64,000 bases of DNA from Candidatus Eiseniibacteriota bacterium (lineage in GTDB: Bacteria; Eisenbacteria; RBG-16-71-46), in the NCBI GenBank assembly GCA_963744995.1, contig CAVUWA010000003.1, positions 130,758 through 194,757 of the forward strand, read 5' to 3'. Position 1 is the first letter of the stretch. Each line of letters starts with the position of its first letter. Shown in pieces: positions 35,683 through 47,454 of the stretch. Position numbers and translations under genes: made by a program. The notes below the pieces were generated by a model. The model made no database searches. It was not told the origin of the DNA and saw only the letters and a program-made list of their open reading frames with translations.

Positions 35683-36669
35683 TCAGGCGGCTCCGGCGGA
35701 TGCTCCGGCGCTCAGGACCAGCTCGCTGAACTTCTCCAGATCGATGTTGCCGCCCGAGACGATCGCGACGATCGGGCCCTTCCCCGCCTTCCCGGTGAGC
35801 GCCGCGGCCAGGGGCAGGGCGCCTGCGCCTTCGCTGATCACGCGCGCCTTCTCGGCCATGAGCCGCATGGCCCGCTTCGTCTCTTCGAGACTCACGACGA
35901 TGCAGCCGTCGAGCACGGGCCGCATCCGCTCCCACATCCGCGGAAAGACGCTCTGACCGCCGGCGCCGTCCACGAAGGAAGCCTTCCACTCCGGGAAGTT
36001 CTGAGGAGAACCCGCGGCCAGCGAGCGCGCCAGCGGCGCCGCCGTTTCGGGCTCGGCGCCCCACACCTTGCACGCCGGGCGCAGAGCCTTGATCGCGCTG
36101 CCGACGCCGGTGACGAGCCCGCCGCCGCCGATGGCAGCGATCACCGCGGCGACATCGGGCGCGTCTTCCAGGATCTCGAGCCCCATGGTCGCGTGTCCCG
36201 CGATGAAGTCGTCGTCGTCGAACGGATGCACGAACGTGCCTTCGACCCCGGGATACGCCCGCGCCTCCAGCGTCTCCCATGCAACGGCATAGGACACCAG
36301 CGCCAGCCGCGCCCCGAGCGCCCGCATGCGGTCGAGCTTCGATTGCGGCGCCGTCTCGATCGCGACCACCGTGCACGGGACGCCCGCCAGCCGCGCTGCA
36401 TAAGCGACCCCCTGCCCCGCGTTGCCCGCGCTGATGGTCCAGACGCCGCGCCTGCGATCCGCGTCCGACAGCCGGGCCACGGCGTTGGCCGCGCCGCGCA
36501 GCTTGTATGCGTTGATGGGCTGCAGGTTCTCGAGCTTGAGGCGCACCTCGGGAAGTCCCGGTCCCAGTTCCAGGCGCACGAGCGGCGTGCGCACGATGGT
36601 GCCGGCGATGCGTTCGCGCGCGGCTTCAACTTCGGCGATGTCGATGGGGCGGACGGGATCGAGCTTCAT
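35683..36669 (-). CDS. PLP-dependent threonine/serine dehydratase family protein
   Basis: LKLENLQPINAYKLRGA, SAGNAGQG, IGGGGL, SGGN. Start ATG 36669. Confidence 0.88.
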   Translation of the reverse strand: MKLDPVRPIDIAEVEAARERIAGTIVRTPLVRLELGPGLPEVRLKLENLQPINAYKLRGAANAVARLSDADRRRGVWTISAGNAGQGVAYAARLAGVPCTVVAIETAPQSKLDRMRALGARLALVSYAVAWETLEARAYPGVEGTFVHPFDDDDFIAGHATMGLEILEDAPDVAAVIAAIGGGGLVTGVGSAIKALRPACKVWGAEPETAAPLARSLAAGSPQNFPEWKASFVDGAGGQSVFPRMWERMRPVLDGCIVVSLEETKRAMRLMAEKARVISEGAGALPLAAALTGKAGKGPIVAIVSGGNIDLEKFSELVLSAGASAGAA

Positions 36670-36731
36670 GAGGTCTCCTCGAAGATGAGGCCGGTACGAG
36701 TCCATCGACGGAACGAGTTCAACGGCGCGCT

Positions 36732-37316
36732 TCAGCGCTCTCCCCGCCGCGAGGCCAGCCATTGGAGCACCCGCCCCGCGTCTGCGTCGGACGGGAAGAC
36801 CGGATAGAACACTTCTACGATACGTCCCGCCCGGGCGATGATGGTGAGGCGCTTGATGAGCTCCGAACCGGCGAAGACGAAGGTCGGCAGCCGCAATGCC
36901 CGCGCGAAGTCGAGCCTGGCGTCGCTGAGAAGAGCAAACGGCAGGTGGAGCCTTTCGACGGCCTCCGATTGATACGCGGTGTCCTGCGTGCTCAGCCCGT
37001 ACACGGTTGCTCCCAGGGCGGCGAGTTCCGCGTGGTGGTCCCGATACGAACAGGACTGCGGCGTGCATCCACGCGCGCCCGGGATGGCGTTCCACGCCGC
37101 CACCCCGCCGGGCGGGTCCTGATCGGGGCGTCCCGTTCGCGGGTAGCAATAGACCACCAGCCAGGGACGACCTTCCCCGGACAAGTCGACCGTCGGGCCG
37201 GACGTCGAGCTCAGGCCAACCGCCGGAAGCTCCGCTCCGCGAAGGTGATCACATGCGCCGTCATCTTCCGGAACGGGCAACTGCTCGGGAAGGGAGTGAA
37301 GATCGTCTGTCCGCAT
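36732..37316 (-). CDS. Peroxiredoxin (BCP/PrxQ-like)
   Basis: YCYPRTG...PGARGCTPQSC and GLSTQ. Start ATG 37316. Confidence 0.85.
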   Translation of the reverse strand: MRTDDLHSLPEQLPVPEDDGACDHLRGAELPAVGLSSTSGPTVDLSGEGRPWLVVYCYPRTGRPDQDPPGGVAAWNAIPGARGCTPQSCSYRDHHAELAALGATVYGLSTQDTAYQSEAVERLHLPFALLSDARLDFARALRLPTFVFAGSELIKRLTIIARAGRIVEVFYPVFPSDADAGRVLQWLASRRGER

Positions 37317-37673
37317 GGGTGGTCTCACGACGAATGGAGAGCCGGTGTGGCGTGATCGGTGCCCGGCCGGTCCCGGTGGCACCCCGATGATCCGATCCGG
37401 CCACGTCGAGGGACTCGATCACGGCCCGCACCAGAATGAGAATGAACGAGCGGCCCGCCGGGAGCATGGGCGCCGTCCTTTCGTCGCTGCGCGGGTCGCG
37501 CCAGTGTAGCCAAGGCCATTGCCCGGGAAAAGCAGACCTGCGCGTCGTCCCTCCGTCGACGCCTGCGGGAGTCCGCGCCGGTGGTCGAGACACGACCACC
37601 CGTGTGGCGGTAGTCGACACCGGACGGGGCCATGCCCCGCGTGATTTCGAAGCCGCGCCCTGGGCGGGGTCCC

Positions 37674-38249
37674 CTACCGCGCGGCCAGAAACGCCAGCAC
37701 GCGCTCGGTCAGCAGCGCCGTGGCCGCCGCATCGTACGAAGGTAGCGAGTTGTCGGCGAAATAATGCCGATCGCCGGGGTAGAGGAACAGCTCGGCCTCC
37801 TCGGCTTCTTCGATCAGCGCGCGCGCGGCGTCGAGGTCGCCTTCGCCGACGAAGATCGGGTCCGCGTCCATGCCGTGCACCTGCACCGGCACGCCTCTCG
37901 GCCAGGACGGCCCGAATTCCCCGAAAGGCACACAGGAATAGCAGAGCAGCGCCCCGCGCGCGCCGGGCCGGGTCTGAGCCAGCTTCTGCGCCGGGATCAC
38001 CCCCAGCGAGAAGCCGGCATAGACCAGCTCCGCGGGCAGCGCCTCCGCCGCGCGCGTGCCACGCACGATCAGCTCCGGGAAGCCGACCCCCTCGACGAAG
38101 CCCATGCCCTCCTCGATGCTGCCGAAAGTCCGACCCTCGAACAGATCGGGCGTGTGCACGATGTGGCCGGCGTCGCGCAGCGTGTCGGCGAACGAGCACA
38201 CGCCAGGGGTCAGCCCCTGCGCGTGGTGGAACAGCAGAACCTCGGCCAT
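37674..38249 (-). CDS. Dienelactone hydrolase family protein
   Basis: LFHHAQGLT, GFSLG nucleophile elbow, YPGDRHYF. Confidence 0.85.
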   Translation of the reverse strand: MAEVLLFHHAQGLTPGVCSFADTLRDAGHIVHTPDLFEGRTFGSIEEGMGFVEGVGFPELIVRGTRAAEALPAELVYAGFSLGVIPAQKLAQTRPGARGALLCYSCVPFGEFGPSWPRGVPVQVHGMDADPIFVGEGDLDAARALIEEAEEAELFLYPGDRHYFADNSLPSYDAAATALLTERVLAFLAAR

Positions 38250-38668
38250 CTCCCCCCCCCGTTCACGGGTTTCCACGATCCGCTCATACCGGCTTTCGAG
38301 ACCCGGCACCGCCACAGAGTAAACCTCCGCCCGGAGCGAGGGTGAAGCCGGAGGATCGGGGCCGCGGGCCCCCTGGCGCCAGCGGCCATGCTTCGGTCTC
38401 CACCCGGCGGCCGCCCCTGCCGGACCAGCGGCATGGCGGGCCCGCCGCAGGGCACCCGGGATGCCCCCGCCGACGCTCCCGGGAATCGCCTTGCCCCTCC
38501 TCCCCGCCCTCCGCTATTTTCCCTCGTCCTTTCGGACCCGCCCCGCGGGGCCGCAAGCCATTGGAAAACCCGCTCGCCGGCGCGACGCGACCCCGTCCGC
38601 CGGCATTCGCTGGAAATCCCCCTCACCGGGGGATTCGGCCGTACCCGTCCCACCCGAAGGAGCATTTG

Positions 38669-41098
<2,430 letters not shown>

Positions 41099-41234
41099 GC
41101 CGCCTCCGGAGCCGGTCACCGGCGGGGAGGCCACGTGTTTTCGCAGACCAACACCGGGCCAATGTCCCCGGTGCCATGCGCAGCTCGCCGGGGACCAGGC
41201 GGGCTGCGCAGTCTGCGGATACACGTGGTCGGGG

Positions 41235-41999
41235 GTGCGACTCTACGATCCCCGCCATTTCGCACTGCTCGGGGTCTTCCTGACGCCCGTGGTGCCGCTC
41301 TACCTCGCGGCGACCAACTGGGGCCGCATGGGAAGGCTCCGGCTGAAGTGGCTGTGGCTGGGATTCGGGCTCGCGGGCTTCGCGCTGGTGACGGTGGCAC
41401 TCGTCGTGGCGTCGCCCGCATGGAGCACGGGGCAGCGGGCGCTCGCCATCGCCCTGCAGCTCGGCGTGGGATATGGGCTCGCCCTGCCCCAGCAGGCCGA
41501 CTACGAGTCGGCCCTCCGGCTCGGCGCCCGGCGCGCATCGCTGATCAAGGGAGCCGCAGCCGGCGTGGCCCTCACGGTCGTCGCAATCGGCGTGTCGTTC
41601 GTTCTCGGCGTGGTGACCAAAGCCTCGATCGAGGGTTTCCGGTACCAGTACGCCAGCGACCTCGCAGCGCAGGCTCGGTACGAGCAGGCGATCGTCATTT
41701 TCGACGATCTCCTGCAATGGGATCCGGAATTCGACGATGCGCTCCTCGCTCGCTCGATCTGCTACGGCGCTCTGGAGCGGTGGGATGAGGCGGGTACGGG
41801 GCTCGACCTGTTCCTGACGCGGGAGCCGCGGAATCCGGATGCGCTCGGATTGCTCGCATCGTGCCGCGTCCAGCAGGGTCGGCAGGCCGAGGCCGAATCT
41901 CTGGCGGCCGTCGCGCGCGAACTGGACCCGCAGGTGTTCACGCGACTGGGATTCGATTTCGATTCGCTGGCCGGAGCGGAGAGCCCGGGCCCCCCTTGA
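41235..41999 (+). CDS. Membrane protein with C-terminal TPR repeats
   Basis: Four hydrophobic segments, then YEQAIVIFDDLLQWDP and DALGLLA TPR-like helices. Confidence 0.7.
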   Translation: MRLYDPRHFALLGVFLTPVVPLYLAATNWGRMGRLRLKWLWLGFGLAGFALVTVALVVASPAWSTGQRALAIALQLGVGYGLALPQQADYESALRLGARRASLIKGAAAGVALTVVAIGVSFVLGVVTKASIEGFRYQYASDLAAQARYEQAIVIFDDLLQWDPEFDDALLARSICYGALERWDEAGTGLDLFLTREPRNPDALGLLASCRVQQGRQAEAESLAAVARELDPQVFTRLGFDFDSLAGAESPGPP

Positions 42000-42099
42000 G
42001 CGCGGCCCGGGGGGCGCGGTCGCACAGCCGTCCGGCGGGGCATCTTCCTTGCGGCGCGACGCCGACAGGCCTCGCACCATGCGCCCGGCCCGCGGCCGC

Positions 42100-42453
42100 T
42101 CAGCCCGCGCGCGCCGCCTTGTAGATTTCGTCGGTCTTCGCGGCGATCACGAAGTCGTTCTCGTGCAGACCCTTGATTTTGTGGGTCCAGACCTCGACCT
42201 TCACCCGGCCCCACGCGAGGTGGATGTCGGGATGATGGTCCTCGCGCTCGGCGAGTTCGCCGACCTCCACCGTGAAGTCGAGGGCGGAACGAAAGTCGGG
42301 AAACTTGAATCCGCGGGTCAGGCGCGGCACGCCCTCGTGCGGCACGACCTGCCACTCGGGAACCTGTTGCTGCAGCGCGCGGATCCGCGCCTCGTCGAGC
42401 GGCGGCACATCGCCGCGGCACGGGACGCAGCGCGTGGCGGTGAGCTGATCCAT
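42100..42453 (-). CDS. phhB: Pterin-4-alpha-carbinolamine dehydratase
   Basis: CVPC, EDHHPDI, WTHKIKGLHENDFVIAAK. Confidence 0.9.
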   Translation of the reverse strand: MDQLTATRCVPCRGDVPPLDEARIRALQQQVPEWQVVPHEGVPRLTRGFKFPDFRSALDFTVEVGELAEREDHHPDIHLAWGRVKVEVWTHKIKGLHENDFVIAAKTDEIYKAARAG

Positions 42454-42575
42454 GAAACCTCCCGGGATGGGGTGTTCATCGCAGGCTACCACGACGCCCC
42501 CGGGGCGGCGCGCCGCGCCCCCATGCCGCGGCTGGCGGCGGGTTTAGGGACTTCGGGCCGGGGTCGTTTTCCGAC

Positions 42576-42604
42576 TTGCGCTCGGCGTCCGGAACGCCGA
42601 TATT
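42576..42604 (+). promoter_or_regulatory. Sigma70-type promoter upstream of the csp leader
   Basis: TTGCGC-17 bp-GATATT. Confidence 0.45.
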
Positions 42605-42642
42605 TCCTCCGTCTTCCGGGCAGTCGAGGTCGCAGCACATCG

Positions 42643-42671
42643 AAACCGCCAGAAGCAGCGGCGGTTTTTTT
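42643..42671 (+). terminator. Terminator-like hairpin upstream of the cold-shock gene
   Basis: AAACCGCC/GGCGGTTT stem whose 3' arm runs into a T7 tract. Confidence 0.55.
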
Positions 42672-42782
42672 GTGATCCCGACGCTCCATCGGAAGAACCG
42701 ATCTTCGGATCGGGAACACCGTCCTTGCGGGGCGGATTATCGCAGACCGGGCATTCGTGCCCGATTTACAAGGAGTACCGAA

Positions 42783-42986
42783 GTGGCCAGTGGCACCGTG
42801 AAGTGGTTCAACGAGGCGAAGGGGTTCGGTTTCATCACCCAGCAGGACAGCCAGGAAGACGTTTTCGTGCACTTCTCCGCCATCCAGGGCGAGGGCTTCA
42901 AGACGCTCGCGGAAGGTGAGCAGGTGGACTTCGACGTCACCCGCGGTCCGAAGGGTCTCCAGGCGTCCAACGTCCGTAAGGCGTAA
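42783..42986 (+). CDS. Cold-shock protein
   Basis: GTG start after AAGGAG; [15 protein letters not shown] and DVFVHFSAI. Confidence 0.95.
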   Translation: MASGTVKWFNEAKGFGFITQQDSQEDVFVHFSAIQGEGFKTLAEGEQVDFDVTRGPKGLQASNVRKA

Positions 42987-43011
42987 TCGCTCCGGGTACC
43001 ACCTCACGCGA

Positions 43012-43044
43012 AAAGGCGGCGCACACGCGCCGCCTTTCGTGTTT
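43012..43044 (+). terminator. Intrinsic terminator after csp
   Basis: AAAGGCGGCGC-ACAC-GCGCCGCCTTT, then TCGTGTTT. Confidence 0.75.
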
Positions 43045-43140
43045 GCGCCGCGGACCCCGGCGCCGCTAGGTTCCGGGTTTCCGGCCGCGCCAGTGGCCGC
43101 CCGTGCTGTCGTTTCATCACTCATGAGCAGGAGATGCATC

Positions 43141-44931
43141 ATGCGGCTGTCTGCCCCCCCGCGCGTTCCCGCGCGCCGGCTGGCGTGGATGGCGCTGACC
43201 GTGGCCCTCGTCGTCCCGGGCCTCGCGACGCCAGCCTCCGTCGCCCATTCCGCCGATTCGGACGCGAGCTACGAGATCCATACGCTGTCGAACGGCATGA
43301 AAATCGTCCTCGTTCCGCGCCACCTCGCCCCGACCGTCTCGGGCGGCTGGGTCGCGCACGTCGGTTCGGTGAACGAGCGCCCGGGCATCACGGGCATCTC
43401 GCACCTCTTCGAGCACATGATGTTCAAAGGCACCCACGTCATCGGAACCCGCAACTACAAGAAGGACGTCGAGCTGATCGACAAGCAGGAGCAGATCCGC
43501 GAGCAGATGCGCGCGGAGGTCTCCAAGCTGCGTGACGAGCGGCGCCGCGGCGAGATCGACGACATCACCGCACCCGAGAACAAGACGGCGCGCTACAAGG
43601 AGCTCGAGAAGCAGTTCGACGCGCTGGTGGCGGAGCAGCGCGCCAACATGGTGAAGAACGAGTTCAACAACATCCTGCAGAACAACGGCGGCACGTTCAT
43701 CAACGCGTTCACCAACGACGACATGACGGTCTACTTCGAGACGCTGCCCGCCAACAAGCTCGAGCTGTGGTTCTGGATGGAGTCCGACCGGCTCAAGAAC
43801 CGCGTGTTCCGCGAGTTCTACTCGGAGCGCGACGTGGTGTTCGAAGAGCGGCGCATGCGCACGGAGTCCACGCCGACCGGCAAGTTCCGCGAGTCGTTCG
43901 AGTCGATGTTCTGGACCTCGAGCCCCTACCACAACCCGACCGTCGGCTGGCCGAGCGACGTCGCCAACATCACCAAGGCGCAGGCCGACGACTACTACGG
44001 CCTGTACTACGCGCCGCAGAATCTGACGGCCGTGCTGGTGGGCGACTTCGACCCGAAGACGACGCTGGCGATGGCCGAGAAGTACCTGGGCTCGATTCCG
44101 GCCGGCAAGCGCCCGGCGCCCGAGATGATCACCACCGAGGTCAAGCAGCTCGCCGAGAAGCGCTTCTACGGCGAGGCCGAGACCAACCCGGCGGTGACGA
44201 TCAAATACCACACGGTGCCGTTCGTGCACCGCGACGTGCCGACGCTCGAGGTGATCGCCGCCCTGCTCAACAGCCCGACCGGCCGGATCCAGCGCGAACT
44301 GGTGCTGGACCAGCAGGTCGCGACCAGCGGCAACGCCAATCAGGACTCGCGCAAGTACGAAGGCGCTTTCGACATCGAGGCCGAGGCGAAGGAAGGGAAG
44401 ACGCCCGAGGACGTCGAGCAGGCGATCTATGCGCAGCTCGACCGGCTCAAGAAGGAGCCCGTCCCGGCGGACGAGCTGCAGAGCGTGAAGAACCGTTACC
44501 TGACCAGCGCCTACCGCCAGCTCGACGGCAACTTCCGCGTCATGCTGCGCTACCTGGTGGGCAGCGGGTTCGGCGATCTGGACGGCTTCCGGCACGTCGA
44601 GGAAGGCGTGCAGAAGGTGGAGCCCGACGACATCATGCGGGTCGCCAACGCGTATTTCACGAAGGAGAACCGCGCGGTCGCGATCTGGACCCGCAAGGCC
44701 GGCACCGAGCCCGAGGACCCCGCGATCGCCGCGCTGCCGCCGCAGGCGAAGACGATGGTGAAGCAGGCGCTCACCCGGATCGAGTCCACGGACGACCCGG
44801 ACAAGCTGCAGCAGATGCTCGCCCAGATGTCGCAGATGGAAGGCCAGGTGCCGCCGGAGATGAAGCCTGCGATCCAGTACATCAAGGGACGCCTGGAAGC
44901 CCGCATCACCACGCTCTCGGATTCGAAGTGA
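43141..44931 (+). CDS. M16B (pitrilysin-family) peptidase, catalytic subunit, exported
   Basis: Signal peptide; GISHLFEHMMFKG (HXXEH), NAFT, ERDVVFEERR. Confidence 0.9.
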   Translation: MRLSAPPRVPARRLAWMALTVALVVPGLATPASVAHSADSDASYEIHTLSNGMKIVLVPRHLAPTVSGGWVAHVGSVNERPGITGISHLFEHMMFKGTHVIGTRNYKKDVELIDKQEQIREQMRAEVSKLRDERRRGEIDDITAPENKTARYKELEKQFDALVAEQRANMVKNEFNNILQNNGGTFINAFTNDDMTVYFETLPANKLELWFWMESDRLKNRVFREFYSERDVVFEERRMRTESTPTGKFRESFESMFWTSSPYHNPTVGWPSDVANITKAQADDYYGLYYAPQNLTAVLVGDFDPKTTLAMAEKYLGSIPAGKRPAPEMITTEVKQLAEKRFYGEAETNPAVTIKYHTVPFVHRDVPTLEVIAALLNSPTGRIQRELVLDQQVATSGNANQDSRKYEGAFDIEAEAKEGKTPEDVEQAIYAQLDRLKKEPVPADELQSVKNRYLTSAYRQLDGNFRVMLRYLVGSGFGDLDGFRHVEEGVQKVEPDDIMRVANAYFTKENRAVAIWTRKAGTEPEDPAIAALPPQAKTMVKQALTRIESTDDPDKLQQMLAQMSQMEGQVPPEMKPAIQYIKGRLEARITTLSDSK

Positions 44932-44942
44932 GGAGCCCCGAC

Positions 44943-46487
44943 ATGCGACGCCATATCACGACTTTCGCGACGCTGATCGCGGCGCTCGCGCTGGCGGCAT
45001 CGCCGGCCCATGCGGCGAAGTTGCCCCAGCGTCCCGATCAGCTGAAGTATCCCGAACTCGACTACACGCCGCCCGCCGCCAAGGACTACCGCGTCGAACT
45101 GGCGAACGGCATGGTGGCCTACCTCGTCCCCGACCGCACGCTGCCGCTGGTCTCGATCGAGGTACTGATGCGTCTCGGCCCCGATCTCGATCCCGCAGGC
45201 AAGGAGGGGCTCGCCGGCGGCATGGTGCACCTGCTCACGCGCGGCGGCACCACGTCGAAGACCGCGAAAGAGTTGGAGGACCGCGTGGCCTACCTGGGCG
45301 CGGCGCTCAACTCGCGCATGGGCGGCGGCGGTGGCGGCTTCTTCGGCCCGGGCGGCGCGCCGCTCGGCGAGACCGAATCCGCGGCGAGCATCAACCTGCT
45401 GTCCAAGGACGTGGACGAAGGCCTCGCGATCCTGGTGGACTGCCTGAAGAACCCGGCGTTCGAAAAAGACCGCGTCGAACTGGCGCGCCAGCAGGGGCTG
45501 CAGGACATCAAGCAGCGCAACGACGACAGCCGCACGATCGAAGGCTACGAGTGGAACTTTCTGATGGATGGCGAGAGCCACTGGAGCAACAAGCTCCCCA
45601 CGCAGAAGTCGCTCGAGTCGATCACGCGCGAGGATCTGGAAGCCATGCACCGGCGCTACGTCGGCCCCGAGAACTTCCTGGTCACGGTCTCGGGCGACTT
45701 CGACCGCGATGCGATGATCCAGAAACTCAACGAGGCGTTCGCCGACTGGGGCTGGACGGCCGTGCGTCCCGGCCCGCCCGAGCCGCCGAGCGAAGCGCCT
45801 GAGCCGGGCTGGTACATGGTGGACAAGGACGTGAACCAGGGCCGCGTCACCATGGGCCTGCGCGCCCCCGACCGTTACGACCCCGACTACCAGGCGTTCC
45901 GGGTGATGAACGTGATCCTCGGTGGCGGCGGTTTCTCGTCGCGGCTGGTGAACCGGATCCGTTCGGACGAGGGCCTCGCCTACTCGGTGCGCTCGAGCTT
46001 CGACGGCGGCACGTACTACGACGGCGTCTGGCAGATCCGCTTCCAGTCGAAGGTGCGCTCGGTGCCGCAGGCGATGCAGATCGCGCTCGAAGAGATGAAG
46101 AAGATCGTGGCCGAGCCGGTGAGCCAGAAGGAGATCGACCTTGCCCACAACCTGCTGATTCAGAGCATGCCCGCCGCCTTCGAGACGGCGAGCAGTATCG
46201 CCGGTGTGCTCGCGATGGAAGAGATGACGGGGCGCTACCAGAAGGATCCGAACTACTTCCGCGAGATGCGCGACCGCATCAACGCCGTGACGATCGCCGA
46301 CGTGCAGCGCGTGGCGAAGCGGCTGCTGGACCCGTCGAAGCTGGTGGTGCTCGCCGTGGGCGACACCGAAGAGATGATGAAGGGCGACCCGAAGGTGGAC
46401 GTCAGCATCAAGACGCTCGCGGGCGGCGAGCCGACGTACCTGCCGCTGCGCGACCCGATGACGATGAAGCCGATGCCGAATCCATGA
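44943..46487 (+). CDS. M16B peptidase, non-catalytic subunit, exported
   Basis: Signal peptide; no HXXEH; LGGGGFSSRL...IRSDEGLAY (R/Y pair). Confidence 0.88.
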   Translation: MRRHITTFATLIAALALAASPAHAAKLPQRPDQLKYPELDYTPPAAKDYRVELANGMVAYLVPDRTLPLVSIEVLMRLGPDLDPAGKEGLAGGMVHLLTRGGTTSKTAKELEDRVAYLGAALNSRMGGGGGGFFGPGGAPLGETESAASINLLSKDVDEGLAILVDCLKNPAFEKDRVELARQQGLQDIKQRNDDSRTIEGYEWNFLMDGESHWSNKLPTQKSLESITREDLEAMHRRYVGPENFLVTVSGDFDRDAMIQKLNEAFADWGWTAVRPGPPEPPSEAPEPGWYMVDKDVNQGRVTMGLRAPDRYDPDYQAFRVMNVILGGGGFSSRLVNRIRSDEGLAYSVRSSFDGGTYYDGVWQIRFQSKVRSVPQAMQIALEEMKKIVAEPVSQKEIDLAHNLLIQSMPAAFETASSIAGVLAMEEMTGRYQKDPNYFREMRDRINAVTIADVQRVAKRLLDPSKLVVLAVGDTEEMMKGDPKVDVSIKTLAGGEPTYLPLRDPMTMKPMPNP

Positions 46488-46561
46488 AGTCGGCGACGGC
46501 CCCGGGCGCCCGCCCGGGGCCGTCGCCCGTTCCGCACCCCCCCGAAGTCCGCGGAGGACTG

Positions 46562-47143
46562 ATGCCCACCGAGAAAATCGTTCTGGCCGAAGGATTCGCC
46601 TGCTCCGAAGCGGCGTCGTTCGTCGCGCAGCTCGACATGCTGACGTCCTCTATGTGGGAGGACGTCAGCAACGCCACGTCGGAGGAGCTGGAATGGCAGC
46701 CGGCGCCGGGCATGAACACCATCGGCATGCTGCTCGCGCACATCGCGATCGTGGAGGTGTTCTGGATCGACTTCGGCGTCCGGGGCATGGAGCGTGACAA
46801 GACCACCGAGGAGGAAGTGCTGCAGATCGGCGGTGACGACGACGGCATGCCGCTCGAGGCCGGTGGTCCCCCGCCCGCCACACTCAAGGGCAAGGACATC
46901 GGCTTCTACGACGTGCTGCTGGTCAAGGCGCGTGCGCACACACACGATGTGGCGGCGAAGCTGGCCGATGCGGACTTCGAGCGCGAATTCCAGCGCACCT
47001 ACCGCAACACCCCCGGCGTGGTGACCCACAACGTGCGCTGGGTGTTCTACCACATGCTGGAGCACCTGGCCGGCCACTACGGTCAGATCCTGATGCTGCG
47101 GCACATGTACAAGGACCGCGTCGCGGCACGCGCCAGCGTCTGA
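46562..47143 (+). CDS. DinB-family metalloprotein
   Basis: NTIGMLLAHIAIVE and HMLEHLAGHYGQI; GGAGG RBS. Confidence 0.85.
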   Translation: MPTEKIVLAEGFACSEAASFVAQLDMLTSSMWEDVSNATSEELEWQPAPGMNTIGMLLAHIAIVEVFWIDFGVRGMERDKTTEEEVLQIGGDDDGMPLEAGGPPPATLKGKDIGFYDVLLVKARAHTHDVAAKLADADFEREFQRTYRNTPGVVTHNVRWVFYHMLEHLAGHYGQILMLRHMYKDRVAARASV

Positions 47144-47147
47144 ACGG

Positions 47148-47185
47148 AATGCGGCGCCCGCAGGCGGGGGCCGCATTTTCGTTTC
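47148..47185 (+). terminator. Intrinsic terminator after the DinB gene
   Basis: AATGCGGC...GCCGCATT, followed by TTCGTTTC. Confidence 0.65.
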
Positions 47186-47227
47186 GGCTCAAGTCCGTGC
47201 ACCTGCGGGCCGACACTCTGTGCACAT

Positions 47228-47370
47228 CGGGCGACAGCGTGAACGCCGCCCGCCACAGATTATCGGGCCCGTCCCGCAGTCCGGCATGTCTCGCGAAAGC
47301 GCAAAAATACATCCGGCAGGCATGGGCCCGACCAGTTTCGGGCGGCGCACTTTCGAGTGCGCCGCCTTCG
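47228..47370 (+). ncRNA. Candidate structured ncRNA (rod with central bubble, 6S-like architecture)
   Basis: Nested complementarity: 47244-52/47339-47, 47263-70/47324-31, CCGG and ATGT inner pairs, apical CGC-GAAA-GCG. Lies between convergent genes. Confidence 0.35.
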
Positions 47371-47454
47371 TGCGTTGCGCCAGGCAAGCCGGCCGTGATC
47401 ACTCGCCCCGGGGCGGGTCACCAGTGCGCTCGCCCGTGAGGCGTTGCGCCACGT

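Noticed and set aside
37325-37633. Small ORFs between the peroxiredoxin and dienelactone hydrolase genes
   Set aside because: No recognisable motif; the region more likely holds the peroxiredoxin promoter.
37436-38668. Apparent 1220-aa mPPase with a 400-aa N-terminal domain
   Set aside because: The extension is low-complexity and lies opposite the dienelactone hydrolase gene. The RBS supports a start at 38669. The same applies to the ORF-track extensions of polA, rimO, nadD and the first hppA.
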